This document shows, in pieces, positions 28,020 to 38,912 of a DNA stretch of 64,000 bases; positions within the stretch are counted from its first letter, which is position 1, and each line of letters begins with the position of its first letter. The notes under the pieces are model-generated. The model made no database searches. It was not told the DNA's origin and saw only the letters and a list, made by a program, of their open reading frames with translations. The position numbers were made by a program, and so were the translations under genes. The stretch is from Armatimonadota bacterium (GTDB lineage Bacteria; Armatimonadota; SYMT01), in the NCBI GenBank assembly GCA_046292385.1, contig JBKBRF010000010.1, forward strand, positions 64,001 through 128,000. The letters are read 5' to 3'.

Positions 28020-28588
28020 TGCGTCTTCGGCTCTCCCACCGGGGCGGCGTGGGCGCTCTTCGCGGGCGCGTGCGCCCCCGGTGGCGGCGGCATCGGCCGG
28101 TAGCGCGTCACCAGGAAGCCGCCCATCGCCGCCAGCCCCAGACCCAGGAAGAACGGCCAGCGGATGGCGGAGACGCCGCCGGCCGGCGGATGCATCGCCA
28201 TGGCGACAATCGCGTTTACGATCGGCGCGCCGGCGAAGACGATCGCCATCACGACCGCCGGCGAGCCTTTGGCTCCAAAGGCGAGGAGCACGCAGAACGC
28301 GCCGATCGCCCCGACGATCCCGGCGATGAGCGACCAGGTCATCCCGCGCATCGGCATCTGCCAGGACGCACCGTTGATCAGCAGCACCACCAGCGGCGCC
28401 AGCACCGCGGTGAGGAAGTAGGCGATCCCCACGAAGAGGAACGCCTTGTAGCGTCCGTTCACCGGGTCGCCCATCGCGGTCTGCCCCGTGTGCAGGAAGA
28501 CTCCGTAGACGCCCCAGGAGGCGACGGTCATCAGGGCGAAGATCAGCCAGGTCATCCCCGGCTGTGAAGATTGCTCGGTCGGCGGCAT
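28016..28588 (-). CDS. Small integral membrane protein (EamA/DMT-like half)
   Basis: About five hydrophobic helices; GAIGAFCVLLAF, IVFAGAPIVNA. Confidence 0.8.
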   Translation of the reverse strand: MPPTEQSSQPGMTWLIFALMTVASWGVYGVFLHTGQTAMGDPVNGRYKAFLFVGIAYFLTAVLAPLVVLLINGASWQMPMRGMTWSLIAGIVGAIGAFCVLLAFGAKGSPAVVMAIVFAGAPIVNAIVAMAMHPPAGGVSAIRWPFFLGLGLAAMGGFLVTRYRPMPPPPGAHAPAKSAHAAPVGEPKTQ

Positions 28589-28640
28589 GGAAACTCCTTC
28601 GGACTCTCGATCTTTCGCGCCGCGGCGGGCGCGCTCCGGC

Positions 28641-29102
28641 TCAGGCGCGGACGCCTTCCCCCTCGCTCTCCGGCGGCGCCGTCTCGATCTGTTCGGCGAA
28701 GACGGGCGGGATCGGCACCGCCTTCATGGTGCGGGTCTCCGGATCGAGACAGACGCAGACGGCGGTCACCGACCCGCGCGCCACCTCGAGCGGCGCGTCC
28801 CCGCTCAGCTTGCGGAAGCGGAACTCGTAAGTTAGCGACTTCTCCCGCTTCTCCCGCACCCGGAGGTGGACCTCCACCCGGTCCTCGAAGCGCAGCGGCG
28901 CGCGGTAGTCGCAGCTGACGTTCACGCGCGGCCAGCCGAGGGTGCGCCCCTCGTGCTCGAAGTGGACAGAGAGCCCCAGCGAGCGGAGGAAGGCGTGCTC
29001 CGTGACCTCCATATAGCGGAAGAAGTTGGCGAAGTGCATGATCCCGGCCATGTCGGTCTCCGAGAACTCCACCGTCCGGACCAGCCGGAACTCATGCGCC
29101 AT
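28641..29102 (-). CDS. Acyl-CoA thioesterase (4HBT/YbgC hotdog fold)
   Basis: VEFSETDMAGIMHFANFFRYME, DYRAPLRFED. Confidence 0.93.
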   Translation of the reverse strand: MAHEFRLVRTVEFSETDMAGIMHFANFFRYMEVTEHAFLRSLGLSVHFEHEGRTLGWPRVNVSCDYRAPLRFEDRVEVHLRVREKREKSLTYEFRFRKLSGDAPLEVARGSVTAVCVCLDPETRTMKAVPIPPVFAEQIETAPPESEGEGVRA

Positions 29103-29261
29103 CCCTGCCTCTTTCTACTCTCCGCCGCCGAGCCATTCCGCAGGGAGGTTGGGCACGCGCGCGCCGCCCCCCTGCCCGGAGTGGGTTGAGACTGGATTGA
29201 GCGAAGGAGCGGAGGCCCCGCGGCGAGAAGTGCTCTCCAGTATCTCTCCCCGGAGCTCCCG

Positions 29262-30404
29262 ATGCCGACCTCTCACCCCCCGATCTCCCGCCGCGGCGTC
29301 CTCGGCGGCCTGGCCGGCCTGGCGGCCCTTGCCACGCCCTCTCCCGCCGCGGCCCAGCGCGGCCGGTCCGGGCGCCACGCCTTTCTCGTCCTGATCGACG
29401 GGCTGCGCTGGCAGGAGGTGTTCCGCGGCGCCGACGAGACGCTCCTCTCCAAGGAGGCGGGAGGCGTGGGCGATCCGGACGCACTGCGGCGGGAGTTCTG
29501 GCGCCCCACCGCGGCCGAGCGGCGTCAGGTGCTGATGCCGTTCCTCTGGAGCACGGTCGCCTCCCGCGGGCAGATCCTCGGCAACCGGGACCGCGGCAGC
29601 CAGGCGCGGGTGACCAACGGCTTCCACTTCTCCTACCCCGGCTACAGCGAGATGATCGTGGGGTACCAGGACCCGCGCATCGACAGCAACGACAAGCGCC
29701 CCAACCCCAACGTGACGGTATTCGAGTGGCTGCACGGCAAGCCCGGCTTCCGGAACCGGGTGGCGGCGTTCGGGATGTGGGACGTGGTGCCCTACATCGT
29801 CAACCAGGAGCGCGCCGGCTTCTACGTCAACGCCGGCTGGGACCCGGTCACCGTGGGCAAGCTCTCCGAGGAGCAGAAGCTGATCAACCGCCTCAAGGCG
29901 GAGCTGCCCCGCCACCCGTGGCGCGACTACCCGTACGACGCGCTCCCCTTCCGAGCGATGATGGAGTACGTCAAGGCGAACCGCCCGCGCGCGGCGTGGC
30001 TCACGCTGGGCGAGACCGACGAGTGGGCGCACTCGCGGCGGTACGACCTCTACCTCGACGCCGCTCGCCGCACCGACGGCTTCCTGAAAACGCTCTGGGA
30101 GACGCTGCAGTCGATGCCGGAGTACCGGGACCGCACCACGCTGCTGGTCGCCGTCGACCACGGCCGCGGCCGCACCGGCAAGGACTGGACCTCCCACGGC
30201 AACGACATCCCCGGCGCCGACGAGATCTGGCTCGCCGCGCTCGGCCCGGAGATCGCCCCGCTCGGTGAGCGCGCCCACATCGGAGAAGTCACCCAGGCCC
30301 AGATCGCCGCCACCCTCGCCGCCGCCCTCGGCCACGACTACCATGCCGAGATCCCCAAAGCCGCCCCACCCATCGCGGAGCTGTTCAAAACTGGAACGGG
30401 ATAG
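29262..30404 (+). CDS. Tat-exported alkaline phosphatase superfamily protein
   Basis: SRRGVL Tat motif; IDGLRWQE, FSYPGY, GETDEWAH, DHGRG. Confidence 0.88.
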   Translation: MPTSHPPISRRGVLGGLAGLAALATPSPAAAQRGRSGRHAFLVLIDGLRWQEVFRGADETLLSKEAGGVGDPDALRREFWRPTAAERRQVLMPFLWSTVASRGQILGNRDRGSQARVTNGFHFSYPGYSEMIVGYQDPRIDSNDKRPNPNVTVFEWLHGKPGFRNRVAAFGMWDVVPYIVNQERAGFYVNAGWDPVTVGKLSEEQKLINRLKAELPRHPWRDYPYDALPFRAMMEYVKANRPRAAWLTLGETDEWAHSRRYDLYLDAARRTDGFLKTLWETLQSMPEYRDRTTLLVAVDHGRGRTGKDWTSHGNDIPGADEIWLAALGPEIAPLGERAHIGEVTQAQIAATLAAALGHDYHAEIPKAAPPIAELFKTGTG

Positions 30405-30472
30405 AAGCCAAAGCCCGGGAGCCCGGAGACGACAGCGGCGACCGAGCACTCCAGCGAGGTTCCCCTGGCGGG

Positions 30473-30590
30473 GAAGCGGTGGCGAGCCACCGCACTCCAC
30501 AGACTTCACCGAGGCAGTCTCCCTTTCGGCCAGAGGGAGTGCCTCCCGGGCCGGCTTGTGGAGTGCGAATGCTTGTCCCCCGAACGGGGG
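30473..30590. repeat. Inverted pair of GGAGTGCG-type REP-like hairpins
   Basis: GAAGCGGTGGCGAGCCACCGCACTCCAC and GTGGAGTGCG...GCTTGTCCCCCGAACGGGGG. Confidence 0.6.
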
Positions 30591-30775
30591 GCTTGCTTTC
30601 GCGCCCCGCGCCAGCGGGGCATCCGGAGCCGGCTCCTGATTTCGCCAACAGGCTCTGGCGAGGGGTGGCCACTGGAGCGGCCAGTGAATCGCCGCGACGC
30701 AGAAGCCGTTCTCGACAAGCGAGAGAACCTCACTAGACAGCAGGACCCAACCCATCCCACCGCCAACGGGTCCCC

Positions 30776-32179
30776 ATGCGCCCGCTTCTCCTCCTCGCCT
30801 TCCTCTGCGCCGCCATCCTCGGCGGCGGTGCGGCTGCCCAGCGAGAGCGGCCTGCCCGCCCGAACCTGCTCGTCATCCTGGCAGACGACCTGGGCTACGG
30901 CGATCTCTCCAGCTACGGCGCGGCCGACCTGAAGACGCCGCACCTCGACGCGCTGGTGGCAGACGGGATGCGGTTCGACCGCTTCTACGCCAACTCGCCG
31001 GTCTGCTCGCCCACCCGCGCCTCGCTCCTCACCGGCCGGTATCCGGACCTGGTCGGCGTGCCGGGGGTGATCCGCACGCACGCGGAGAATAGCTGGGGTT
31101 ACCTGTCTCCGGAGGCGGAACTGCTCCCCAAGAGCCTGAAGCGCGCCGGCTACCACACGGCGCTGGTCGGCAAGTGGCACCTGGGGCTCACCCCGCCGAA
31201 CACGCCGACGGACCGGGGATTCGACCACTTCCACGGCTTCCTGGGCGACATGATGGACGACTACCTGGACCATCGCCGCCACGGGATCAACTACATGCGC
31301 CTGGGCCGCCGCGAAATCGACCCGCCGGGGCACGCGACCGACCTCTTCACCACCTGGGCGATCGACTACCTCCGCACCCGCGCCGGCACCCGGCAGCCGT
31401 TCTTCCTCTATCTCGCTTACAACGCGCCGCACGTGCCGATCCAGCCGCCGGACGCCTGGGTCGACCGCGTGAAGGCGCGGAACCCGGGGATCGACGATCG
31501 GCGCGCTCGCCTCGCCGCGCTGGTGGAGCAGATGGACGACGGCATCGGGAAGGTGATCGACGCGCTGAAGCAGTCGGGCGACTACGAGAACACGCTGATC
31601 GTCTTCACCAGCGACAACGGCGGCCAGCTCAGTGCCGGGGCCTCGAACGGGCCGCTCCGCGGCGCGAAGGAAGACGTCTACGAGGGCGGCATCCGCGTGC
31701 CGGCGTGCGCCGTCTGGCCCGGGAAGATCCGGCGCGGCAGCCGCTCGGACCGCGTGGCGCTCACGATGGACCTCTTCCCCACGCTCTGCGAGGCCGCCGG
31801 TGTGAAGCCGCCCGCCCCGGTCGACGGCGTCTCCCTGATCCCGGAGTTGACCGGCACCGGCGTCCCAGCCGCGGAGCGGACGCTCTTCTGGGTCCGGCGG
31901 GAGGGCGGAGCCCGCTACGAGGGGAAGACGATCCACGCCGTCCGCCGCGGCGATTGGAAGCTGGTCCACAACAGCCCGTTCGAGCCGATGCAGCTCTTCA
32001 ACCTGGCCGCGGACCCGAAGGAGCAGACCGACGTGTCGGCTCGGAACCGCCCGGTCTTCGACGAGCTGAGCGCCGCCCTGCGAGAGCAGATCCGCCGCGC
32101 CGGCCGCGTGCCGTGGGTGGAGCCGGAAGCGCCGCGGCGCCGCCGGACCGCGGCTACCGGCGCCCCAGCGCGGCCGTGA
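30776..32179 (+). CDS. Sulfatase (FGly-type, arylsulfatase A-like), secreted
   Basis: PNLLVILADDLGYGD, CSPTRASLLTGR, GKWHLG, FTSDNG. Confidence 0.96.
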   Translation: MRPLLLLAFLCAAILGGGAAAQRERPARPNLLVILADDLGYGDLSSYGAADLKTPHLDALVADGMRFDRFYANSPVCSPTRASLLTGRYPDLVGVPGVIRTHAENSWGYLSPEAELLPKSLKRAGYHTALVGKWHLGLTPPNTPTDRGFDHFHGFLGDMMDDYLDHRRHGINYMRLGRREIDPPGHATDLFTTWAIDYLRTRAGTRQPFFLYLAYNAPHVPIQPPDAWVDRVKARNPGIDDRRARLAALVEQMDDGIGKVIDALKQSGDYENTLIVFTSDNGGQLSAGASNGPLRGAKEDVYEGGIRVPACAVWPGKIRRGSRSDRVALTMDLFPTLCEAAGVKPPAPVDGVSLIPELTGTGVPAAERTLFWVRREGGARYEGKTIHAVRRGDWKLVHNSPFEPMQLFNLAADPKEQTDVSARNRPVFDELSAALREQIRRAGRVPWVEPEAPRRRRTAATGAPARP

Positions 32180-33692
32180 TCGCCTGCTCCAGCTCGGCCC
32201 GGCTCTCCGGCCGACCGGCCCAGCCGAGGAAATGGTCCGGCCGGACCACGAGCACCTGACATTCGCCGAACCGGTAGGCCAGCAGTCCCGACGGATCGAT
32301 CCAGCCGTCCCGCCCGATCGGGATCGTGGGTATGCCGAATGCGGGGTCGACTTCTACGGGCGGATGGTCGAGGAAGAGGAGGGCGGGACCGAGGCCGAGG
32401 AGGGGGTGCAGCCGGCTCGAGCCCCGCAGCCCCTGCAGCTCCACGTCCGGAACGCGCTCGCCGGCCGGACCGCCTCTCGCCGGAAACAGCGGAGACTGCC
32501 GGTAGCTCCCGGCGAGCATCGTGAGCCGGCGCATCAGCGGTCGTCGGAGGGGCCGCACGCCAGCCGCGGTCCGCGCCAGCCCCAGGGCGAGCAGTCGCAG
32601 AAGGCGGGGAGCGAAGACGGCGCGAGTGGCGCGGTCCGTAAACGAGTTCACCTCGCGCGTGACCAGGTCGTGGCGCTCCTGATGGTACGACTCCAGCAGC
32701 CGCTCCTCGTCCCCACCCGCCAGGATCGCCGCCAGCTTCCACGCCAGGTTGTGGACGTCGTGGATGCCGGCGTTCATGCCCTGCGCTCCGACCGGGCTGT
32801 TCAGGTGCGCCGCGTCGCCCGCCAGCAGCACGCGCCCCCGGCGGAAACGTGGGGCGCAGCGGCAGTGGAGGCGGAAATGGCTCGACCAGACACACTCGTA
32901 ATCGCCCGGACCCCAGATCAACCGCACGAGACGGTCGACCAGCTCCCGCGGGACGGGGCTCCCGGCTTCCACCCGATCCGGGTTGGCGGGCACGCCGCTC
33001 ACGATCCGCCAGTTGCCGCTCTCCAGCTTGAGGCCGAACGCGACCCGCTCTTCGTCTGCGGCCAGGCGGGGAAACGGGAGGTCGGCACGGCCATCTCCGA
33101 AGCGGACGTCGGCGAGGATTGCCTCCAGCGGGTAGGTAATCCCCTCGAGCGAGAGCCCCAACCGGTGCCGGACCGTGCTGTCCGCCCCGTCGCAGCCCAC
33201 CAGGTACCGCGCGCGGTGCGCGTATTCCCGATCGCCGCTGCGGATCGTGGCCAGAACGCCGGTATCGTCCTGCTGCAGGTCGAGCAGCACCTGGCCGAAG
33301 CGGACGTCGCAAAGGCCGGTAGCGCGAACCTCCTCCAGCAGCAGGCGCTCCGTCTGTCCCTGCTCCAGGATACAGAGGCCGGCGAACCGGCACTCGTCAT
33401 TCAGCTCTTCCACCGGCATCGTGAGCACCGGCTCGCCGGTCCGGGCGGAGTACGCCGTCAGGGACCGCAGGAAGAGCGCCTCTTCCAGCACCCGCTCGGC
33501 GATCCCCCACTGGCTGAAGATCTCCAGCGTCCGCGCGTGGATCCCCGGCGCCTTGGAATACTCACTGGTGGACGAGTGCTTTTCCACCAGCACCGAGTGG
33601 ACGCCGCGGCGGGCCAACCCGAGGGCCAGCGAGAGCCCGACCGGTCCCGCACCCACGATCAGCACAGGGCTATCGAAGTGGGAGCTCGACAT
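32154..33692 (-). CDS. FAD-dependent monooxygenase (aromatic hydroxylase family)
   Basis: IVGAGPVG, GCDGADS, LAGDAAH..SPVGAQGMNAGIHD, VRPDHF. Confidence 0.93.
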   Translation of the reverse strand: MSSSHFDSPVLIVGAGPVGLSLALGLARRGVHSVLVEKHSSTSEYSKAPGIHARTLEIFSQWGIAERVLEEALFLRSLTAYSARTGEPVLTMPVEELNDECRFAGLCILEQGQTERLLLEEVRATGLCDVRFGQVLLDLQQDDTGVLATIRSGDREYAHRARYLVGCDGADSTVRHRLGLSLEGITYPLEAILADVRFGDGRADLPFPRLAADEERVAFGLKLESGNWRIVSGVPANPDRVEAGSPVPRELVDRLVRLIWGPGDYECVWSSHFRLHCRCAPRFRRGRVLLAGDAAHLNSPVGAQGMNAGIHDVHNLAWKLAAILAGGDEERLLESYHQERHDLVTREVNSFTDRATRAVFAPRLLRLLALGLARTAAGVRPLRRPLMRRLTMLAGSYRQSPLFPARGGPAGERVPDVELQGLRGSSRLHPLLGLGPALLFLDHPPVEVDPAFGIPTIPIGRDGWIDPSGLLAYRFGECQVLVVRPDHFLGWAGRPESRAELEQAITAALGRR

Positions 33693-33739
33693 CACGGCCT
33701 CTGGCGCCACCCACCGGCCGGCCTGGCGCCGACCGCGCT

Positions 33740-34333
33740 CTAGCGCCCTACTCGGCCACTTCCCACAAACGGGGTCGCGCCACGCACGTCTTCCAGCCGC
33801 AGAACTCCCAGGACTGCCTCGCAGCTCCCGCTCTGGCCGATGCGCCACGGGTCCCAGGGCCTCCGGGGCAGCTCCGGATCGAAGAGCCGGCTCCAGCTTA
33901 CCCGGAGCTCGGACTTCCACGGATCGGGGAAATCGCGGGGGTGGGCGTTCGGGTCAGTGTCGGGAAGCGCAGCGCTCCACCGGGCGTGCTCCCCCGCGGT
34001 GACAGCGAGATAGAGACCGCAGTAGACGGTGTCCCACGCCCAGATCGGAAACGTGACGAAGCTTCCGGCGGCGGGCTCCAGCTCGATCCGCAACTCCCGC
34101 TGGCCCGCCGGCCGGCTGTGCCGGAACAGGCGGAGATCCGGCTTCTGGCAGTAGGCCCACCAGGGCAAGGTGCCGGGATAGCCGGACACGCGGCGCCCCA
34201 GCTCCCCTGCCAGCCAGCGATAGGCGGGCGGAACGTAGGCGTCGTCAGATAGGCGTACCTCATCCACCAGCAGCTCGCCGGAGCGCTCCAGTTGCTCCCA
34301 GACCTCAAACGGTTGGATGGTCCAGAGTCGCAC
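33740..34333 (-). CDS. DUF3841-like protein
   Basis: MRLWTIQP..VW..L...G, AYRWL, PWWAY, KPDLR, SWSRLFD. Confidence 0.75.
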   Translation of the reverse strand: MRLWTIQPFEVWEQLERSGELLVDEVRLSDDAYVPPAYRWLAGELGRRVSGYPGTLPWWAYCQKPDLRLFRHSRPAGQRELRIELEPAAGSFVTFPIWAWDTVYCGLYLAVTAGEHARWSAALPDTDPNAHPRDFPDPWKSELRVSWSRLFDPELPRRPWDPWRIGQSGSCEAVLGVLRLEDVRGATPFVGSGRVGR

Positions 34334-34372
34334 GGAGCTCGACTAAAGAAAAACTTGGCGCAACCCGCCATA

Positions 34373-34388
34373 TGGCACGGTTCTTGCT
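34373..34388 (+). promoter_or_regulatory. Sigma54 (-24/-12) promoter
   Basis: TGGCACGGTTCTTGCT is an exact match to TGGCAC-N5-TTGCW. Confidence 0.75.
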
Positions 34389-34398
34389 AGAGCCTGAA

Positions 34399-34457
34399 GA
34401 GGCTCATTGACTGTATAGTGCTTACGCTCGCCGGCGCCAAAACGCCGGCGATTTTTT
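34399..34457 (+). ncRNA. Candidate sigma54-dependent small RNA
   Basis: Lies between the promoter and terminator on the strand opposite both flanking genes; no ORF fits inside. Confidence 0.5.
34429..34457 (+). terminator. Intrinsic terminator
   Basis: CGCCGGCG-CCAAAA-CGCCGGCG followed by ATTTTTT. Confidence 0.75.
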
Positions 34458-34465
34458 CGTCAGCG

Positions 34466-35311
34466 CTATCCCAGCTCGAAGGTGGTGACGCCGAAGACGC
34501 GGCGGAGGTCGAAGTCGGGGGCGCCGCGGGTGTACATCCGGGCGGTGTCGAAGACCGGGACCATGCCGTGGGCCTCGGCGAGGCGGACTGCCTCCCGGTG
34601 CGGCGCGGGGACATCCAGGAAGATTGGCTGGTCCGGCGCCTGTGCAGCGAGGCCGCTGAAGAGCCCCTGCGCTGTATCCTCGTCTTCCGCAAAGAGGGGG
34701 CCGATCTTGCAGCCGCTGCGGCACGGACGGATCATCCCGTAGCCGCACAGGCTGCCGTCCCGGATGAGCCCCAGCGCGGTCGCGCCGGGCTGGGCCAGCC
34801 AGCGCTGGAGGAAGCGGCGGCGGGGGACCGGAAACGCGGTGCGGTCGAACGCCTCGACCGCCTCCCACGGCACTTCCGAGAGGTCGGCCAGGCCCTCCGG
34901 GACGCTGCCGCCGCCGGTGCCCTGGTAGCGCACGTTCGGGTATTCCAGGCGGAACCCGGACTTGCGGTAGTTCTCCTGCTGGGCGGGCACGCCGTCCAGC
35001 CCCACGTTGCGGCCGTCCAGGTACTCCACCGCCGCGTTCCACACGCGCAGGCCGTAGCCGCGCCCGCGCTGGCCCGGCCGCACGATGTAGAAGCCGATGA
35101 AGCCGAAGGTGTCGTCGTAGGCAACGGCGGAGATGCAGGCGACCGGCTCGCCGTGGAGCGTCCCGACGAGGAAGCCCTGGGGGTCGGTGGCATGGAACGC
35201 CTCCGCGTCGTGAAGGCCGGGGTTCCATCCCTCCGCCGCGGCCCACTCGACGGCGATCGCCTCCAGCTCGCGCCGGCTCATGCGGCGGATCTCGAAGCCG
35301 GCTTGCGTCAT
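34466..35311 (-). CDS. GNAT family N-acetyltransferase (tandem GNAT, YitH-like)
   Basis: WAAAEGWNPGLHD, FYIVRPGQRGRGYG, KIGPLFA, FGVTTFELG. Confidence 0.92.
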   Translation of the reverse strand: MTQAGFEIRRMSRRELEAIAVEWAAAEGWNPGLHDAEAFHATDPQGFLVGTLHGEPVACISAVAYDDTFGFIGFYIVRPGQRGRGYGLRVWNAAVEYLDGRNVGLDGVPAQQENYRKSGFRLEYPNVRYQGTGGGSVPEGLADLSEVPWEAVEAFDRTAFPVPRRRFLQRWLAQPGATALGLIRDGSLCGYGMIRPCRSGCKIGPLFAEDEDTAQGLFSGLAAQAPDQPIFLDVPAPHREAVRLAEAHGMVPVFDTARMYTRGAPDFDLRRVFGVTTFELG

Positions 35312-35324
35312 CGGCTGCGGTTCC

Positions 35325-36791
<1,467 letters not shown>

Positions 36792-36873
36792 TACGGTTGC
36801 AGGTGAGCAGGCTCGCAGGTTGCAGGTTCTGAACCGGGAACCTGCCCACTGGCCAACCGGTAACCCCGGCAGG

Positions 36874-38511
36874 CTATCCGCTGATCGCCGGGGTGCGGCT
36901 GGGAGCGTAGAAGCACTTCTCGCCCTCGCCGCGGGCGCACTCCCGCGCGAACTCGATCATGTGGTGTGACACCACGCCGACGTGGATCACTTCCTCAATT
37001 TTCAGCCGGCGCAGGTTCGGCTTCGCCATCTGCCAGAAGCGCTGCCGGTAATCCGCCTTGCGCCCCACCTGCCAGACCAGCCGGGAGAGGATGCCGGCGC
37101 CGCGCGCAATGCTGCGCGGATTCACGCGGGCCCGGGTGGGGGGCGGCACCTTGCGGTTCGGGTAGGTGTGGCGGAGCTGGTGGTCGAAGCGCGCGTAGAT
37201 CGCCTCCGGCGAGTAGGCGCGGGTGACGCACTCCTGCCACATCGAGACGACCGTCTCGTACGGCAGGCGGAAGTCGACGTTCGACTCTCGCCCGGCGCCG
37301 TCGAGCAACCGCCCCTCCGCCTCCAGCCGGCGCCAGAGCGGCGTCCGCGGGAGCGCGTGGAGGATGTTGATGGTGAGCATCGGGATCCCGGAGAGCTCGA
37401 TGAACTGCACGATCCGCTCGCCGGTGGTCGGGGTGTCGGTATCCAGGCCGATGATGATGCCGGAGACCACTTCCATCCCGTAGCTGTTGAGGGTCCGGAC
37501 CGCCTCCAGGATCGGCTGGCGCAGGTTCTGCTTCTTCATCATCGCCTGGAGCGCGTGCTCCTCCGGCGTCTCGATGCCGCAGAAGACGGTGTAGAAGCAG
37601 GCCTCCCGCATCAGCTCCAGGACGTCCGGCGCCTGCGCCAGGTTCAGGGTCGCCTCGCAGGCGAACTGGATCGGGTAGCCGCGCTCCTCCTGCCACTTCA
37701 CCAGCGCCTGCAGCAGCTCGACCGCCGCCTTCTTGTTGCCGATGAAGTTGTCGTCCACGAAGTAGACGCACCCCGGGTTGCCGCGCGCCAGCATCGCGTC
37801 GAGCTCCGCGGTCACCTGCTCCGGCGTCTTCAGGCGCGGGTTGCGGCCGTACAGCTCCGGGATGTCGCAGAACTCGCAGCGATAGGGGCAGCCGCTGGAG
37901 AACTGGACGCTCGCCAGGAAGTAGTCGGTCAGGTTGAGCAGGTGGTAGGCCGGCAGCGGGAAATCGGCCAGCGGCAGCCGCTCCTCGGTGGTGTAGACCT
38001 CCTGCCGCTCCGGCCGCTCGACGCTCCGGTCGAGCCGCTCGATGATCCGGTCGGTGGCGTCCCCCATCTCGCCGAGGTGGAGGAGGTCGACGTCGACGTA
38101 CCACTCCGCGCTGCTGGAGACGGAGGGGCCGCCCAGGACGGTGATCTTGCCGAAGGAGTGCGCTCGCTCGTTGATCTCCCGGATCCGGTCCCGCTGGACG
38201 TGCATGCCGCTGATGAAGACCACGTCTGCCCAGCGGTAGTCGGCCTCGGTCGCGCGGGAGATGTTCTCGTCCACAAAGCGCACCTCCCACTCCCGCGGCA
38301 TGTAGGCGGCGATGAGCAGGATGCCCTGCGGCGGCATAAAGGCCCGCACCCGCATCAGCGGGAAGGCGTGGTCGAACGTGCCGAACGAGTGGGTGTACCG
38401 CGGAAACACGCAGAGCACGCGGCGCCGGTGCTGCGGCTGGTAGTCCGGGCCGCGCGGCGGCACGGGGGCGGGCTTAGGGATGGTAAGCTCGACGAGCGAA
38501 GATCCTGACAT
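36874..38511 (-). CDS. hpnP: B12-binding radical SAM methyltransferase, probable hopanoid C-2 methylase
   Basis: RVLCVFPRY..SFGTF, AFMPPQG, SGMHVQ, CPYRCEFC-DIP.LYGRNPRLKTPEQ, ACEATLN, GIETP, RESNVDF; motifs follow HpnP as I recall it from Rhodopseudomonas. Confidence 0.85.
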   Translation of the reverse strand: MSGSSLVELTIPKPAPVPPRGPDYQPQHRRRVLCVFPRYTHSFGTFDHAFPLMRVRAFMPPQGILLIAAYMPREWEVRFVDENISRATEADYRWADVVFISGMHVQRDRIREINERAHSFGKITVLGGPSVSSSAEWYVDVDLLHLGEMGDATDRIIERLDRSVERPERQEVYTTEERLPLADFPLPAYHLLNLTDYFLASVQFSSGCPYRCEFCDIPELYGRNPRLKTPEQVTAELDAMLARGNPGCVYFVDDNFIGNKKAAVELLQALVKWQEERGYPIQFACEATLNLAQAPDVLELMREACFYTVFCGIETPEEHALQAMMKKQNLRQPILEAVRTLNSYGMEVVSGIIIGLDTDTPTTGERIVQFIELSGIPMLTINILHALPRTPLWRRLEAEGRLLDGAGRESNVDFRLPYETVVSMWQECVTRAYSPEAIYARFDHQLRHTYPNRKVPPPTRARVNPRSIARGAGILSRLVWQVGRKADYRQRFWQMAKPNLRRLKIEEVIHVGVVSHHMIEFARECARGEGEKCFYAPSRTPAISG

Positions 38512-38629
38512 GCGGGTGGGTCTTCCCCAGCGCCGGCACTCCCCCGGCGCGACACTGTTCTTCCCGCGTACACTCTACCACGCTGGCTCCATCACCCGCT
38601 GTTCTGACCGCCCTCCAGCCAGGCGACAC

Positions 38630-38900
38630 CGATTTCACCGCCGAGATCCGAACCTGTTTCACCACAGAGACGCGGAGAGCGCAGAGAGAACACAGACCAG
38701 GCGCCGAGAGGGAGGGGCCCGTTCCGCCTGTCGAGTACCGTACAGCGGCCCCGGAGCTGCTCCTTCTGGTCTTCTTCTTTGCGTCCTTTGCGCTCTTGGC
38801 GGTTAGTCCGGTTCGGATCCTGGTTCGGGTTCTCTCCGCGTCCTCTGCGTCTCTGCGGTGAATAAAAGTTCGGATTCGGTCCGCGCCTCGGCGGTGAATC
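38630..38900. repeat. CAC(A/C)GCAGAG-type inverted repeat cluster with 47-nt core (38708-38754)
   Basis: TTCACCACAGAGACGCGGAGAGCGCAGAG ... CTCCGCGTCCTCTGCGTCTCTGCGGTGAA. Confidence 0.7.
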
Positions 38901-38912
38901 CGGGTCTGGAGC

